Under the pieces are notes generated by a model that saw only the letters and a program-made list of their open reading frames with translations, was not told the DNA's origin and made no database searches. Positions 7,981 through 17,368 of a stretch of DNA of 24,000 bases are shown here, piece after piece. The DNA comes from Mycoplasmoidaceae bacterium (lineage in GTDB: Bacteria; Bacillota_I; Bacilli_A; Mycoplasmatales; Mycoplasmoidaceae). Each line of letters begins with the position of its first letter. Position 1 is the stretch's first letter. The stretch lies in assembly GCA_045617465.1 (NCBI GenBank), contig JAZLIQ010000003.1, forward strand, positions 15,738 through 39,737. Reading direction: 5' to 3'. Both the position numbers and the translations under genes were made by a program.

Positions 7981-8216
7981 AATTGGAAAACTACATCTTT
8001 TATTTCAGGATGAACAGCTTTGAAGTTCTCCTTAATTCCAAATGTATAAGTTGCATCAAAACTCATACATCCAATGCAGTGTCCAGATATTTCTAAAGTC
8101 AAAATCCCATTCTCAAAACTAACAAAATTTACATCTCCACCATCAGCTTGAATGTAAATTTTTATACTATCTAGTTCTTTTCTAATTTCTTCAATTAGGG
8201 TTTTTGTATCTTTCAT
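7965..8216 (-). CDS. NifU-like (Nfu-type) Fe-S cluster assembly domain protein
   Basis: The 83-aa ORF reads ...IQADGGDVNFVSFENGILTLEISGHCIGCMSFDATYTFGIKENFKAVHPEI, showing the Nfu/NifU C-terminal pattern (DGGD...G.C.GC). Confidence 0.8.
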   Translation of the reverse strand: MKDTKTLIEEIRKELDSIKIYIQADGGDVNFVSFENGILTLEISGHCIGCMSFDATYTFGIKENFKAVHPEIKDVVFQLKKSV

Positions 8217-8265
8217 AAAATAGTTATAATATTATATATTTAAGTGTAAAAAAGAATAAATTATT

Positions 8266-10674
8266 ATGTACAACCACAACCTAATTGAAAAAACGATCAG
8301 AGAATTTTGGAAACAAAATGATGTTTATCATTTTGATCCAAAGATCAAAAAACCAAAATGTTATGTTTTAGATATGTTTCCTTATCCATCTGGTCAAGGT
8401 TTACATGTGGGCCATCCAAAAGGATACACAGCAACTGATATTTATTCTAGATTCAAAGTTTACAACGGTTTTAACGTTCTTCACCCGATAGGGTGAGATG
8501 CTTTTGGTCTACCTGCAGAACAATATGCCATCCAAACAGGAAACCACCCTGCTAATTTCACAGCTAAAAATATTGAAGTGTTTAGAACACAATTACAATC
8601 ACTAGGTTTTAGTTTTGATTACAAGAAAGAAGTTAATACGACTGATCCTGCTTACTATAAGTGAACACAATGAATCTTTTCAAAATTGTTTGAAAAGGGT
8701 TTAGCAGAAATTAAAGATGTTGATGTTAACTGATGTGAAGAACTAGGAACAGTTTTATCTAACGAAGAAGTTATAGTTGAAAATGGCAAGATGGTTTCTG
8801 AACGTGGTTCTTACCCTGTAGTAAAGAAACCAATGCGTCAATGAGTATTAAAGATTACTAAATATGCAGATAAACTTCTAGAAGGTTTAGATGATCTTGA
8901 TTGACCAGAAAACTTAAAAACAATTCAAAGAACGTGAATCGGTAAATCCATTGGAACAAATATTAACTTTGCTTCTGGCAGTACTAAATTAGTTGTTTTC
9001 ACAACTAGACCAGATACTATTTATGGAGTTACGTTTATAGCAATTGCTCCAGAAAACAAGCTTGTTACAAAATTAACAACTAAAGAAAATATCAATGCAG
9101 TTTTAAAATACATTGATGATGCAAAAGCTAAAACACTTTTACAACGACAAGAAGCTAAAAAGAAAACTGGTGTCTTCACTGGTAGCTATGCTATCAATCC
9201 AATTAACAACAAAAAAGTCCCTATCTTTGTAGCTGATTATGTTTTAAATGATTATGCTAATGGGATAGTAATGGGTGTTGCTTCTGCAGATACTCGTGAC
9301 TATGACTTTGCAAAAACATATAAACTAGAAATCATTCCAGTTATTGAAGGTAAAGAAAAATGCATTACTACAGATGGTAAACATATCAATTCTGATATGT
9401 TAAATGGTCTAAACATTAAACAAGCAACAGACAAAATTAATAAATTCATTGTTGAAAACAAATTGGGTTCAACGACTGTAAATTACAAACTTAAGGATTG
9501 AATCTTCTCTCGTCAACGTTATTGAGGTGAACCATTCCCTATTGCTTTTGATGAGAATGGCAAACCACACTTAATCAAAAAATTACCAGTCAAATTACCT
9601 GATTGTGAAAACTTTAAACCATCTAAAGATGGTCACAGTCCATTAGCTAATTTAACTAAGTGGTTAAAAGTTAATGTTGATGATAAACAATGTATTAGAG
9701 ATACTAACACAATGCCTCAATGAGCAGGAAGCTGCTGATACTACCTTGCCTATTTACTAAAGCAAGATAATGGAAAATATCTTGATTTGGATAGCAAAGA
9801 AGCTAAAGATTTATTTAAAGCATGATTACCAGTTGATTTATATGTTGGTGGTCAAGAACACGCAGTGTTGCACTTATTGTATGCAAGATTCTGACATAGA
9901 TTCTTGTATGACATTGGTGTTGTTCCAACAAAGGAACCATTCCAAAAAGTTGTTAACCAAGGAATGATTCTTGGAACAAATGGTGAAAAGATGTCTAAAT
10001 CTAGGGGTAATGTAATTAACCCTAACACAATTGTTAAAGACTTGGGTGCTGATACTTTAAGATTGTATGAAGCGTTCATGGGACCATTAACTGCAACAAT
10101 GCCATGATCTGATGAAGGATTAATGGGTTGTCGTAAATGATTAGACAGAGTCTACAACTTATTTACTGCTAACAAAAAAATGGTTAGTGAAAAAGAAATA
10201 GATAATGATTTAAATGTTGCTTATCATTCATTTATTAAAGAAGTGACACAAGCAATCAATGAATATAAATTCAATATTGGCATCAGCAAGATGATGGTTT
10301 ATATCAATGCTTGCTACAAAGCTGAAAAACTTTGCAAACAACACTTAATTAGCTTCTTAGTTGTTCTAAGTTGTTTTGCTCCATTTATTGCAGAACACTT
10401 ATATCAACAATTGACTGATAACAAAAAATTATCAATTGTTAAGCAAGAGCAATGACCAAAATTCGATGCTAAATATTTAGTATCTAAAACTTATGTTTTA
10501 CCGATTCAAATTAATGGTAAATTAAGAGATACTCTTGAAGCAGATGTAAATGCTGATCAAGAAACAGTTGTTAAGCAAGCATTAGCAAGTGAAAAGATTA
10601 AAGCACAATTATCTGGCAAGAAAATTAAAAAGACAATCTTTGTTAAAGGTAAAATTCTTAACTTCATTATTTAA
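8266..10674 (+). CDS. leuS: Leucine--tRNA ligase
   Basis: ORF fragments 8266, 9271, 9904 and 10180 share one frame and are joined by TGA (802 aa in total). Features include the HIGH-type motif [21 protein letters not shown] at about 9990, and the class Ia LeuRS N-terminus [15 protein letters not shown]. Confidence 0.97.
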
Positions 10675-10676
10675 TT

Positions 10677-12017
10677 ATGAAATTTACATCACTAACATTA
10701 AAGCAATGGCTTTATACAGCTTTAACTAATAATAATTTTCATGAACTTACACAAGTTCAAGAAAAAACTTTTAAGTTAGTGAACCAAGGAAAAAATATTG
10801 TTATCTCTGCTCCAACTGGATCAGGAAAAACTTTATGTTATTTACTTCCTACATTAAATAATATTGACGAACAAGATAAACATATACAATATGTTGTAAT
10901 TGCACCAACCAAGGAATTGGTGTGACAAATTTACAATAACTTTTTGTCTTTTACAAAATATAACAAGGCAATAAAAATTGTCTTATTAGACAATAATCAA
11001 AAAGTTGACAATTTAATTAACAACCCTAGTCAAATTGTTATTGGGACAGTAGAGAAAATTAACCAAGCTATCTCCAAAGGTGTTAATTTTAAATACCTTA
11101 AACAAATGGTTTTAGATGAAGCAGATATGTTAATAGATTATGGATTTGTTAATTCTATTAACAAAATCTTTGTTGATTTAAATCTTTATACACAAGGTGT
11201 TCAAAAGATTTTCTGTTCTGCCTCAATTCATCAAAACATTGCTAACACATTTAAAAGATCTGTTGATAATTTATTAACTGTTCAACTTGAAAAAAGTATC
11301 TACACCAATAAACAAATTAGTCATGCAATTGTTTATCAAAAAGATAATGCTAATCCATTTAATACATTAGAACAATTACTAAAAGTAATTAATCCTTATA
11401 TGTGTATCATCTTTGCTAATACAAAACAAGATGTGGAAAGAATTTATAAACTTTTGTTTGCTCAAGGATTTAAAGTTGGATTACTCCACAAAGATCTAGA
11501 AACAAGACAAAGAAAACAAATGTTTTCTAAACTAAAGAATAATGAATTTAAATATTTAGTAGCAACTGATTTAGCAAGTCGTGGTTTAGATATTGATGGG
11601 GTAAGTGATGTAATATCGTTTGGTTTACCGTTTGAAGATATTTGGTATCTTCACCGCGCCGGAAGAACTGGTCGGGGAAAATATACTGGTCATAGCTATG
11701 TAATATATGATAAAAAATATGACAAGCAAATTTCTCGTTTAGAAAAGAAGGTTGCTTGAAAATATTATTTGCTAAATAATAATCAACTGATCGAAAAGAG
11801 TCTTAAAGTATATAGACCAAAACAAGTTGTTGATCTAACAATGAGGAAAGAGATAGCAAAGCTATACAATAAGAAAAACCAACGCGTTAAGCCAGGATAC
11901 AAAAAGAAAATTAAAGCACAAATTCGTAAAATGCAACAAAAGGCTAAACATAAATATATTGAAGAAAAATATAACAAAATCAGAAAAGAAAGCTATAAGC
12001 AAAGAAAGGGATATTAA
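10677..12017 (+). CDS. DEAD-box ATP-dependent RNA helicase with a basic C-terminal tail (CshB/YfmL-like)
   Basis: Three ORFs (10677, 10944, 11769) are in one frame. Motifs present are Q (ELTQVQ), I (APTGSGKT), II (VLDEAD), III (SAS) and VI (HRAGRTGRG), followed by a Lys-rich tail. Confidence 0.9.
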
Positions 12018-12018
12018 T

Positions 12019-13359
12019 ATGGAATTTAATAAGAAAATTAACAAAGATGCTTTATTAATTAAAGCAGTAAAAGGAAACAAGTTAGGTGTTACAAACAAAA
12101 ACAATGTAATCACCTTTACTCTTCCTAATAGAGAAATGAACCAAGTATTCTTTAACCGTACTCTATCATCTGTTCTTTTAAAGAACAAAGATAAAGATAT
12201 TACCTTTGATGTTGGTAGCTTTTTAGATAACTACAAAACAAAATGTGGATTTTCTTTAGCAGTAATGATTCTAACAAGAATTGAGGCAATTTGTGGAAAA
12301 GTGTTTAGTTTAAAAACTAAACAAATTAAAAACGATATTAATATTATTTATGATAAAAAATATAAAAATATAGTATTTGGTGCTTACACTACAGCCTTTG
12401 GTTTTGGTTTGGCTAGACATTATCAAACTCTACCTGCAAATTACTTAGGTATCAAAGATTTCTGTGATGAAATCAAAAAGATTATGCCTGCTACAGGTAA
12501 TAAACAATTAAAAGTTAAAATTTTAACTTTGGCTGATCTAAAGAAAGAAAAGATGGGTTTATTACAAGCTGTTAACAAAGGTTCTAATGAACCTGCAGCA
12601 ATGGTTTTAATTGAATATTTAAATAATCCAAAGAGCAAAGATTTAATTGTTTACGTAGGTAAGGGAATTATGTTTGATGCGGGTGGTTATGAAGTAAAAC
12701 CTAACCGTTTCATGGAAAACATGAACCAAGACATGACTGGAGCTGCTACTGTCTTTGGAACAATGTTTGCCCTTGCTTCTACAAAGCAAAAGGTTAATGT
12801 TGTAGGTGTATTACCACTTGCTAAAAACATGGTTTCAGCTGATTCTATGGTTGTTAGCGATGTTTACAAAGCGTGTAACGGTAGATCAGTAGAAATTGTT
12901 TCTCCTGATTCTGAAGGAAGATTGATTTTAGCAGATGCTATTGCTTATGCAAACAAACACTACAAATTAACGCAAATATTTACAATAGCAACCCTTACAG
13001 GGTTATCTGAGCTAGCTTTTGGTGATTTCCTAACTCCATTCTGAGCAACAAATCCAGATACAGCTGTAGAAATCTATAGTGCAGCCAAATTAGCTGGAGA
13101 AGGCGTTATAGCTCAACCACTATTCCCTGAATACTTTGAAGCTGTTGACAAATCAAGCACAATCGCTGATTGTGCTAATGGTGTAAAGGAACGTAATTGT
13201 TCTAATGCTGTTGCAGCTGCTTTTCTAAAGAAATTCAGCGACTGCAATGACTTTGTTCACTTTGATATAGCTGGTACACATTTATTCAAAAAACACCCTA
13301 TTAATCCTCTAGGATTTACCCTATTCTTATATGCTGTAAATCACTTTAAAGATAAATAA
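12019..13359 (+). CDS. pepA: Leucyl aminopeptidase, M17 family
   Basis: The ATG at 12019 is preceded by AAAGAAAGGGA. Motifs are VGKGIMFDAGGYEVKP (M17 GKG(I/L)TFD(S/T)GG) and SPDSEGRLILADA (variant of NTDAEGRL). The frame continues across TGA 13042-13044 to TAA 13357-13359. Confidence 0.9.
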
Positions 13360-13377
13360 TAATCAATAAAATGAATC

Positions 13378-13409
13378 AAGCGTATGCGCACTAAGCATGC
13401 GCTTTTTTT
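13378..13409 (+). terminator. Rho-independent terminator after pepA
   Basis: A 10-bp stem AAGCGTATGC / GCATGCGCTT (13378-13387 / 13395-13404, one G-U pair), a 7-nt loop, and a T-run to 13409. Confidence 0.85.
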
Positions 13410-13416
13410 AATATTT

Positions 13417-13442
13417 TAAATATTTGCTATAGCAAATATTTA
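13417..13442. promoter_or_regulatory. 26-bp perfect palindrome TAAATATTTGCTA|TAGCAAATATTTA upstream of the dcw promoter (candidate operator)
   Basis: I checked the perfect dyad base by base. It lies 42 bp upstream of the TATAAT box (13485-13490) and just after the pepA terminator. Confidence 0.4.
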
Positions 13443-13490
13443 TAAAAAAAATTATATTTTTTTGTTATTTTTAAATATTATGTATATAAT

Positions 13491-13517
13491 AAGTGGGAGA
13501 AAGTGGAGAAAAGTGGG
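13491..13517 (+). promoter_or_regulatory. Three phased MraZ boxes (AAGTGGG / AAGTGGA / AAGTGGG, 10-bp spacing) forming the mraZ operator, next to a TATAAT box at 13485-13490
   Basis: Direct repeats start at 13491, 13501 and 13511. They lie between the -10 box and the mraZ ATG (13520). This matches the described Mollicutes MraZ site (direct AAAGTG[G/T] repeats) and the E. coli arrangement of three repeats at 10-bp spacing. Confidence 0.8.
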
Positions 13518-13519
13518 AA

Positions 13520-13963
13520 ATGCTATTCCTAGGAACTTATAAACATATAATCGATGACAAAAGTCGTTTAAGTTTACCAGCAAAGCTAGTAGACAAATTT
13601 TCTCATCGTGTTGTAGTTGTTTCTAAAGGTTTTGAAGGATGCCTTGAACTTAGAAGTCAAGAAGATTTCCAAGTTTGATCTAGTCAAATTCTATCTTATT
13701 CTCAAAATAAAAAGGACTCACGGATCCTTGCTAGACAAATTCTAGCTAACAGCATGGAACTAGAACTTGACAAGGCAAACCGTATTCTAATCCCTGATGT
13801 TTTAACTAAATTAGCTAAGCTAAACAAAAATGTAATCATTATTGGATTAGGAAACAAACTAGAAGTTTGGGATGCTAAAGCTTATGCTAAGTTCCAAGCT
13901 GAAACTGATAGCAAGTTTGAAGCAGTAGCTGAAAGAATTGACGATGAATCTACAAACAAATAA
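13520..13963 (+). CDS. mraZ: Transcriptional regulator MraZ
   Basis: N-terminus MLFLGTYKHIIDDKSRLSLPAKL, plus a second SpoVT/AbrB-like half with DKANRILIP. ORFs 13493 and 13754 are in frame and joined by TGA. Confidence 0.93.
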
Positions 13964-14867
13964 TATTCATACTCCAGTTCTTTTGCAAGAACTTATAAGT
14001 AATCTCAAGGTTAAGCCAAATGGTTCATATGTTGATTGCACAGCAGGATTTGGCGGACATAGCAAAGCTATTGTCAAGGAACTATCAACTGGTCATCTAA
14101 CATGTATTGACCAAGACATTAATGCAATTAATCACCTAAAGAAATTATTTAAAAATAAAAAGAATGTAACTATTATCAAAGATAACTTCATCAACATTGA
14201 TCAAATCGTCAGTCAACCAGTTGATGGAATCATCATGGACTTAGGTGTAAGCAGCTTGATGTTTGATGATCCTCAAAGAGGATTCAGCTACAAACTAGAT
14301 GGACCACTTGATATGCGTATGGATGGTTCGAACAAGAAAACTGCTAAAGATATCATTAATAATTACACGCGCACACAATTGATGAACCTATTCAAACAAT
14401 ACGCAGATACGCGCGTTATTAATAAGGTTGTAGATGCGATCATCAAGTACAGAGAATTAAAACCAATTGATTCAACCTTAGAACTAGCACAAATCATTAG
14501 TGATTGTTTTCCTGGTTCTTCAATAAGAAAACATCCAGCCAAGGTCTACTTCCAAGCCTTAAGAATAGAAGTTAACAATGAGTTGGAAATACTAGCTAAA
14601 GCTTTAGAAAAAGCTTGCAAGCTACTAAAGAAGAAAGCAAGATTGTGTATTATTACTTTCCATTCTCTAGAAGATCGTATAGTTAAAAACTATTTTAGAG
14701 AAATAACTCAAGTCAAGGACTTATATGGCAAAGATGTTCCGATTGCAAAAATGTCTAAACCAGAATTCAAATTAATAAGTAAAAAACCAATCCTTCCTCA
14801 AGATGAGGAAATCAAAAAGAATAGAAGAAGCCATAGTGCTAAATTAAGAGTAATAGAAAAAATTTAA
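13944..14867 (+). CDS. rsmH: 16S rRNA (cytosine(1402)-N4)-methyltransferase RsmH (MraW)
   Basis: HTPVLLQELI..., the SAM motif VDCTAGFGGHS, DLGVSSLMFDDPQRGFSY and FHSLEDRIVK. The start is either the ATG at 13944 or the TTG at 13938, and it overlaps the mraZ end. Confidence 0.93.
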   Translation: MNLQTNNIHTPVLLQELISNLKVKPNGSYVDCTAGFGGHSKAIVKELSTGHLTCIDQDINAINHLKKLFKNKKNVTIIKDNFINIDQIVSQPVDGIIMDLGVSSLMFDDPQRGFSYKLDGPLDMRMDGSNKKTAKDIINNYTRTQLMNLFKQYADTRVINKVVDAIIKYRELKPIDSTLELAQIISDCFPGSSIRKHPAKVYFQALRIEVNNELEILAKALEKACKLLKKKARLCIITFHSLEDRIVKNYFREITQVKDLYGKDVPIAKMSKPEFKLISKKPILPQDEEIKKNRRSHSAKLRVIEKI

Positions 14868-14869
14868 GT

Positions 14870-15910
14870 ATGAGAGACGCAAAGCAAATAAGAAAGGTAT
14901 TGTATGTAGGTGCAAGTAACATTGCCCTAATTGTTATTAACAATGTTGATAACAACAATGACATTCTTTTTGCTAGTCAAGTTGAAGTTGATAGTTCAAA
15001 CCTTCAACCTAAAATCTCTCAATTATTAACTGATGCAGCAAACTTCTTAGGTTTCAATATCAAAGACGTAGAACTTGTCTTTGACGACAACCAAATTACT
15101 AAGTATAGTTATACTAACCGCGAATTTGTTGATTGCAATAGTGAAGAAGATATAGCAAAGGAAATTTTCAAAGAAGCAAAGATCAACAACTACTTTGTTA
15201 ATGAAATTAACTTCTTTGGAATTAAGTTTGATGAAATTGATAAAGTAGCGACAGTAAACTGTCAAATCTGTGCAAGTGATTACATCACATATAAGAAATA
15301 TGTTAAAGCAGTTAGTGCATGCAATGTTGTTATCACTAATACAACTAACTTATATAAGTTATTAAAACAAAACAAAGAAAACATTGAAATAACAATCAAG
15401 ATTGAAAATGGTGTTGCCATTGTTTGTGAATATTATGGTAGCAAACTAAACAATGTAATTGTTGTTGATTTAAAAATGAATGATATTAAGCAACATATCG
15501 CAGACAAATTCAATGTCAGTCAAGATAAAGTTGACAGTGTCTTAGCTATTGCTAACCAACTTGCTGTTGCAGATCAATTAGATGAATTGGTTATCAACAA
15601 CTACAACTTAAAAACTAAAACATATAACGAAGTTAAGGCTGTTGACTTACTAGCTTTATATCGTGATGAAGTTAAGGTTCAAATCAACAACTATGTTGAC
15701 TTCCGTAACTTCCAAAATGTAGTAGTTGTATCTGATTTAGCAATCAACCAATTAGAAGGTTTTAATTTCATTACAAATGATGAAATTGGTTTTGAAAATA
15801 TTTCAGTTGATAAATTCCTTTGTTTACAAAACATTGATTTGAACAAAGAAATTAACCAATTCAACTTTGAAAACAAAATCAAATCATTTGATTTGGTGGT
15901 TAGGAGTTAG
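14870..15910 (+). CDS. Divergent FtsA-like (actin-fold) cell-division protein; assignment by position and weak motif resemblance
   Basis: The 346-aa ORF sits between rsmH and ftsZ. Its N-terminus KVLYVGASNIALIVINN resembles the FtsA phosphate-1 strand (DIGTSK...). ITIKIENGVAIVCEYYGSKL...LKMNDIKQHIADKFNVSQDKVDSVL resembles the FtsA DxGGGTT...GG..IT.DIA segment, but the Gly-rich ATP loop is lost. Confidence 0.55.
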   Translation: MRDAKQIRKVLYVGASNIALIVINNVDNNNDILFASQVEVDSSNLQPKISQLLTDAANFLGFNIKDVELVFDDNQITKYSYTNREFVDCNSEEDIAKEIFKEAKINNYFVNEINFFGIKFDEIDKVATVNCQICASDYITYKKYVKAVSACNVVITNTTNLYKLLKQNKENIEITIKIENGVAIVCEYYGSKLNNVIVVDLKMNDIKQHIADKFNVSQDKVDSVLAIANQLAVADQLDELVINNYNLKTKTYNEVKAVDLLALYRDEVKVQINNYVDFRNFQNVVVVSDLAINQLEGFNFITNDEIGFENISVDKFLCLQNIDLNKEINQFNFENKIKSFDLVVRS

Positions 15911-15912
15911 TT

Positions 15913-17151
15913 ATGGAAGAAAACAAGCAACTAACAACCAATCTAGAACAACAAGCTCCTGCGCCTAAAGCTAGCTTTAGTAATATCAACTTAGAGGAAG
16001 AAAATAGTAGTTTCAACATCAAAGTAATTGGTATTGGTGGAGCAGGATGCAATGTAATTAATCACATTGCTGCTAACCACAAAGACATTAGTGATGTTGC
16101 TACTTTGTATGCCTTCAATACTGATCTTTGTTCATTAAAGTTAATGAAAAATGTTCCTAACCTTTTCCTTCTTAATAAAGAAGAATTAAAGGGTTATGGT
16201 TCGGGTGGAAACCCTCTTGTTGGTAAACAAGCTGTACAAAAAGATGCACCAGCCATTAAACAAGAATTGGCTGGAACTGATATTTTATTTATTATTGCAG
16301 GTATGGGAAAAGGCGCTGGATCTGGTGGTGCGCCAGAACTTGCACAAATTGCTAAAGAATTAGGAATTCTTACTGTAGCAATTGTTAATATGCCTTCCAT
16401 TGCATGTGAAGGAGAAGTTATCTTCAATAATGCATTCAATGCATTGCAATCTCTATTAGCTAACTCTGACTCAGTTTCAACCATTAGTAATGAAAAGATT
16501 ATTAGTAATAATAAAGATATAAGTTTCTTTGATGCTTACCAATTAGCCAACGAAGAAATTGCCTTCATTATTGAAGACATCATCAATATCATCTTTAAAC
16601 CTACGGTTATGAATGTTGACTTTGCTGATTTAAAATCCTTCTTTAAACATAATAAATATTTCATGGCTAACCATCTAACATTTGATAATGTTAACCTTGG
16701 GCAAATTCAAATAAGAGAGCAAATAGCTAGAAAGATTAAAAATAGTTTGTCTGATGTAAACATCAATGAATCTAAACAAGTTATTGCTAACATTTGTATG
16801 TCACGCGATGCACCTACAACTATCTTAGCAGATATTAACCGATCGTTTGCGGAGATAACCAAGAATGATAAGCTATCGCTGGTGGCAGGTATAAACTATC
16901 GCGAGGACAAGCAAATAATATTATCATATTTAATCGCGGGTAAAAACTTTGCAACTAACTTCGATAATGCATTTGAGGCCTCCAGCGAGTCGTCAGCCTC
17001 GTGGTCCGAGCCAACAGTCAAAGTCGAGCCTATCAACGATTTGGAAGCAAATGAGTACGATAATTTAATGAAAGATATAGAACAGGCCGCCCGGCCAACA
17101 GAAGATATTATTAATCAAAACGAAAAAATAGAAAATAACAAACAGGAGTAA
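15913..17151 (+). CDS. ftsZ: Cell division protein FtsZ (divergent)
   Basis: AGGAG precedes the ATG. Motifs are IKVIGIGGAGCNVINHI, AFNTD, GYGSGGNPLVGKQA and DILFIIAGMGKGAGSGGAPELA (degenerate tubulin signature), followed by a long acidic C-terminal tail. Confidence 0.93.
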   Translation: MEENKQLTTNLEQQAPAPKASFSNINLEEENSSFNIKVIGIGGAGCNVINHIAANHKDISDVATLYAFNTDLCSLKLMKNVPNLFLLNKEELKGYGSGGNPLVGKQAVQKDAPAIKQELAGTDILFIIAGMGKGAGSGGAPELAQIAKELGILTVAIVNMPSIACEGEVIFNNAFNALQSLLANSDSVSTISNEKIISNNKDISFFDAYQLANEEIAFIIEDIINIIFKPTVMNVDFADLKSFFKHNKYFMANHLTFDNVNLGQIQIREQIARKIKNSLSDVNINESKQVIANICMSRDAPTTILADINRSFAEITKNDKLSLVAGINYREDKQIILSYLIAGKNFATNFDNAFEASSESSASWSEPTVKVEPINDLEANEYDNLMKDIEQAARPTEDIINQNEKIENNKQE

Positions 17152-17155
17152 AAAT

Positions 17156-17338
17156 ATGTCTGAAATTGAAAAAATTAAAGTTCAACCAACAGAAAAGATT
17201 GATGTAAAGAGTTATGATAACATTGAACAAGAATTACGTCAATTAACTAAGGATGAGTTGCTTCATAGGTTAACCTATGATGAAACTGATCCAGATGTTA
17301 TCAAGTTAATTAAAAAAATCTTGAAAACTAAAGCTTAA
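17156..17338 (+). CDS. Small acidic hypothetical protein (60 aa) coupled to ftsZ
   Basis: AGGAG (17144-17148) lies 7 nt before the ATG, which is 4 nt after the ftsZ stop. The composition looks helical and charged. No family recognised. Confidence 0.6.
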   Translation: MSEIEKIKVQPTEKIDVKSYDNIEQELRQLTKDELLHRLTYDETDPDVIKLIKKILKTKA

Positions 17339-17368
17339 TCATAGATTAATAATATTGAAAAAGAAAGA

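Noticed and set aside
8266-10674. Apparent fragmentation of leuS (and of rpoD, recA, asnS, pgsA, pepA, the helicase, dnaJ, grpE and the lipoproteins) into several ORFs, suggesting pseudogenes
   Set aside because: All fragments of each gene are in one frame and are separated only by TGA codons at positions where orthologues have Trp. This is genetic code 4, not decay.
14367-14414. Two ACGCGC hexamers (Thr-Arg codon pairs acg cgc) 42 bp apart in rsmH, unusual given AGA-biased Arg usage
   Set aside because: This is only a short local CpG cluster (6 CpG). It has no dyad or repeat structure beyond the hexamer and is not comparable in extent to the ftsZ island.
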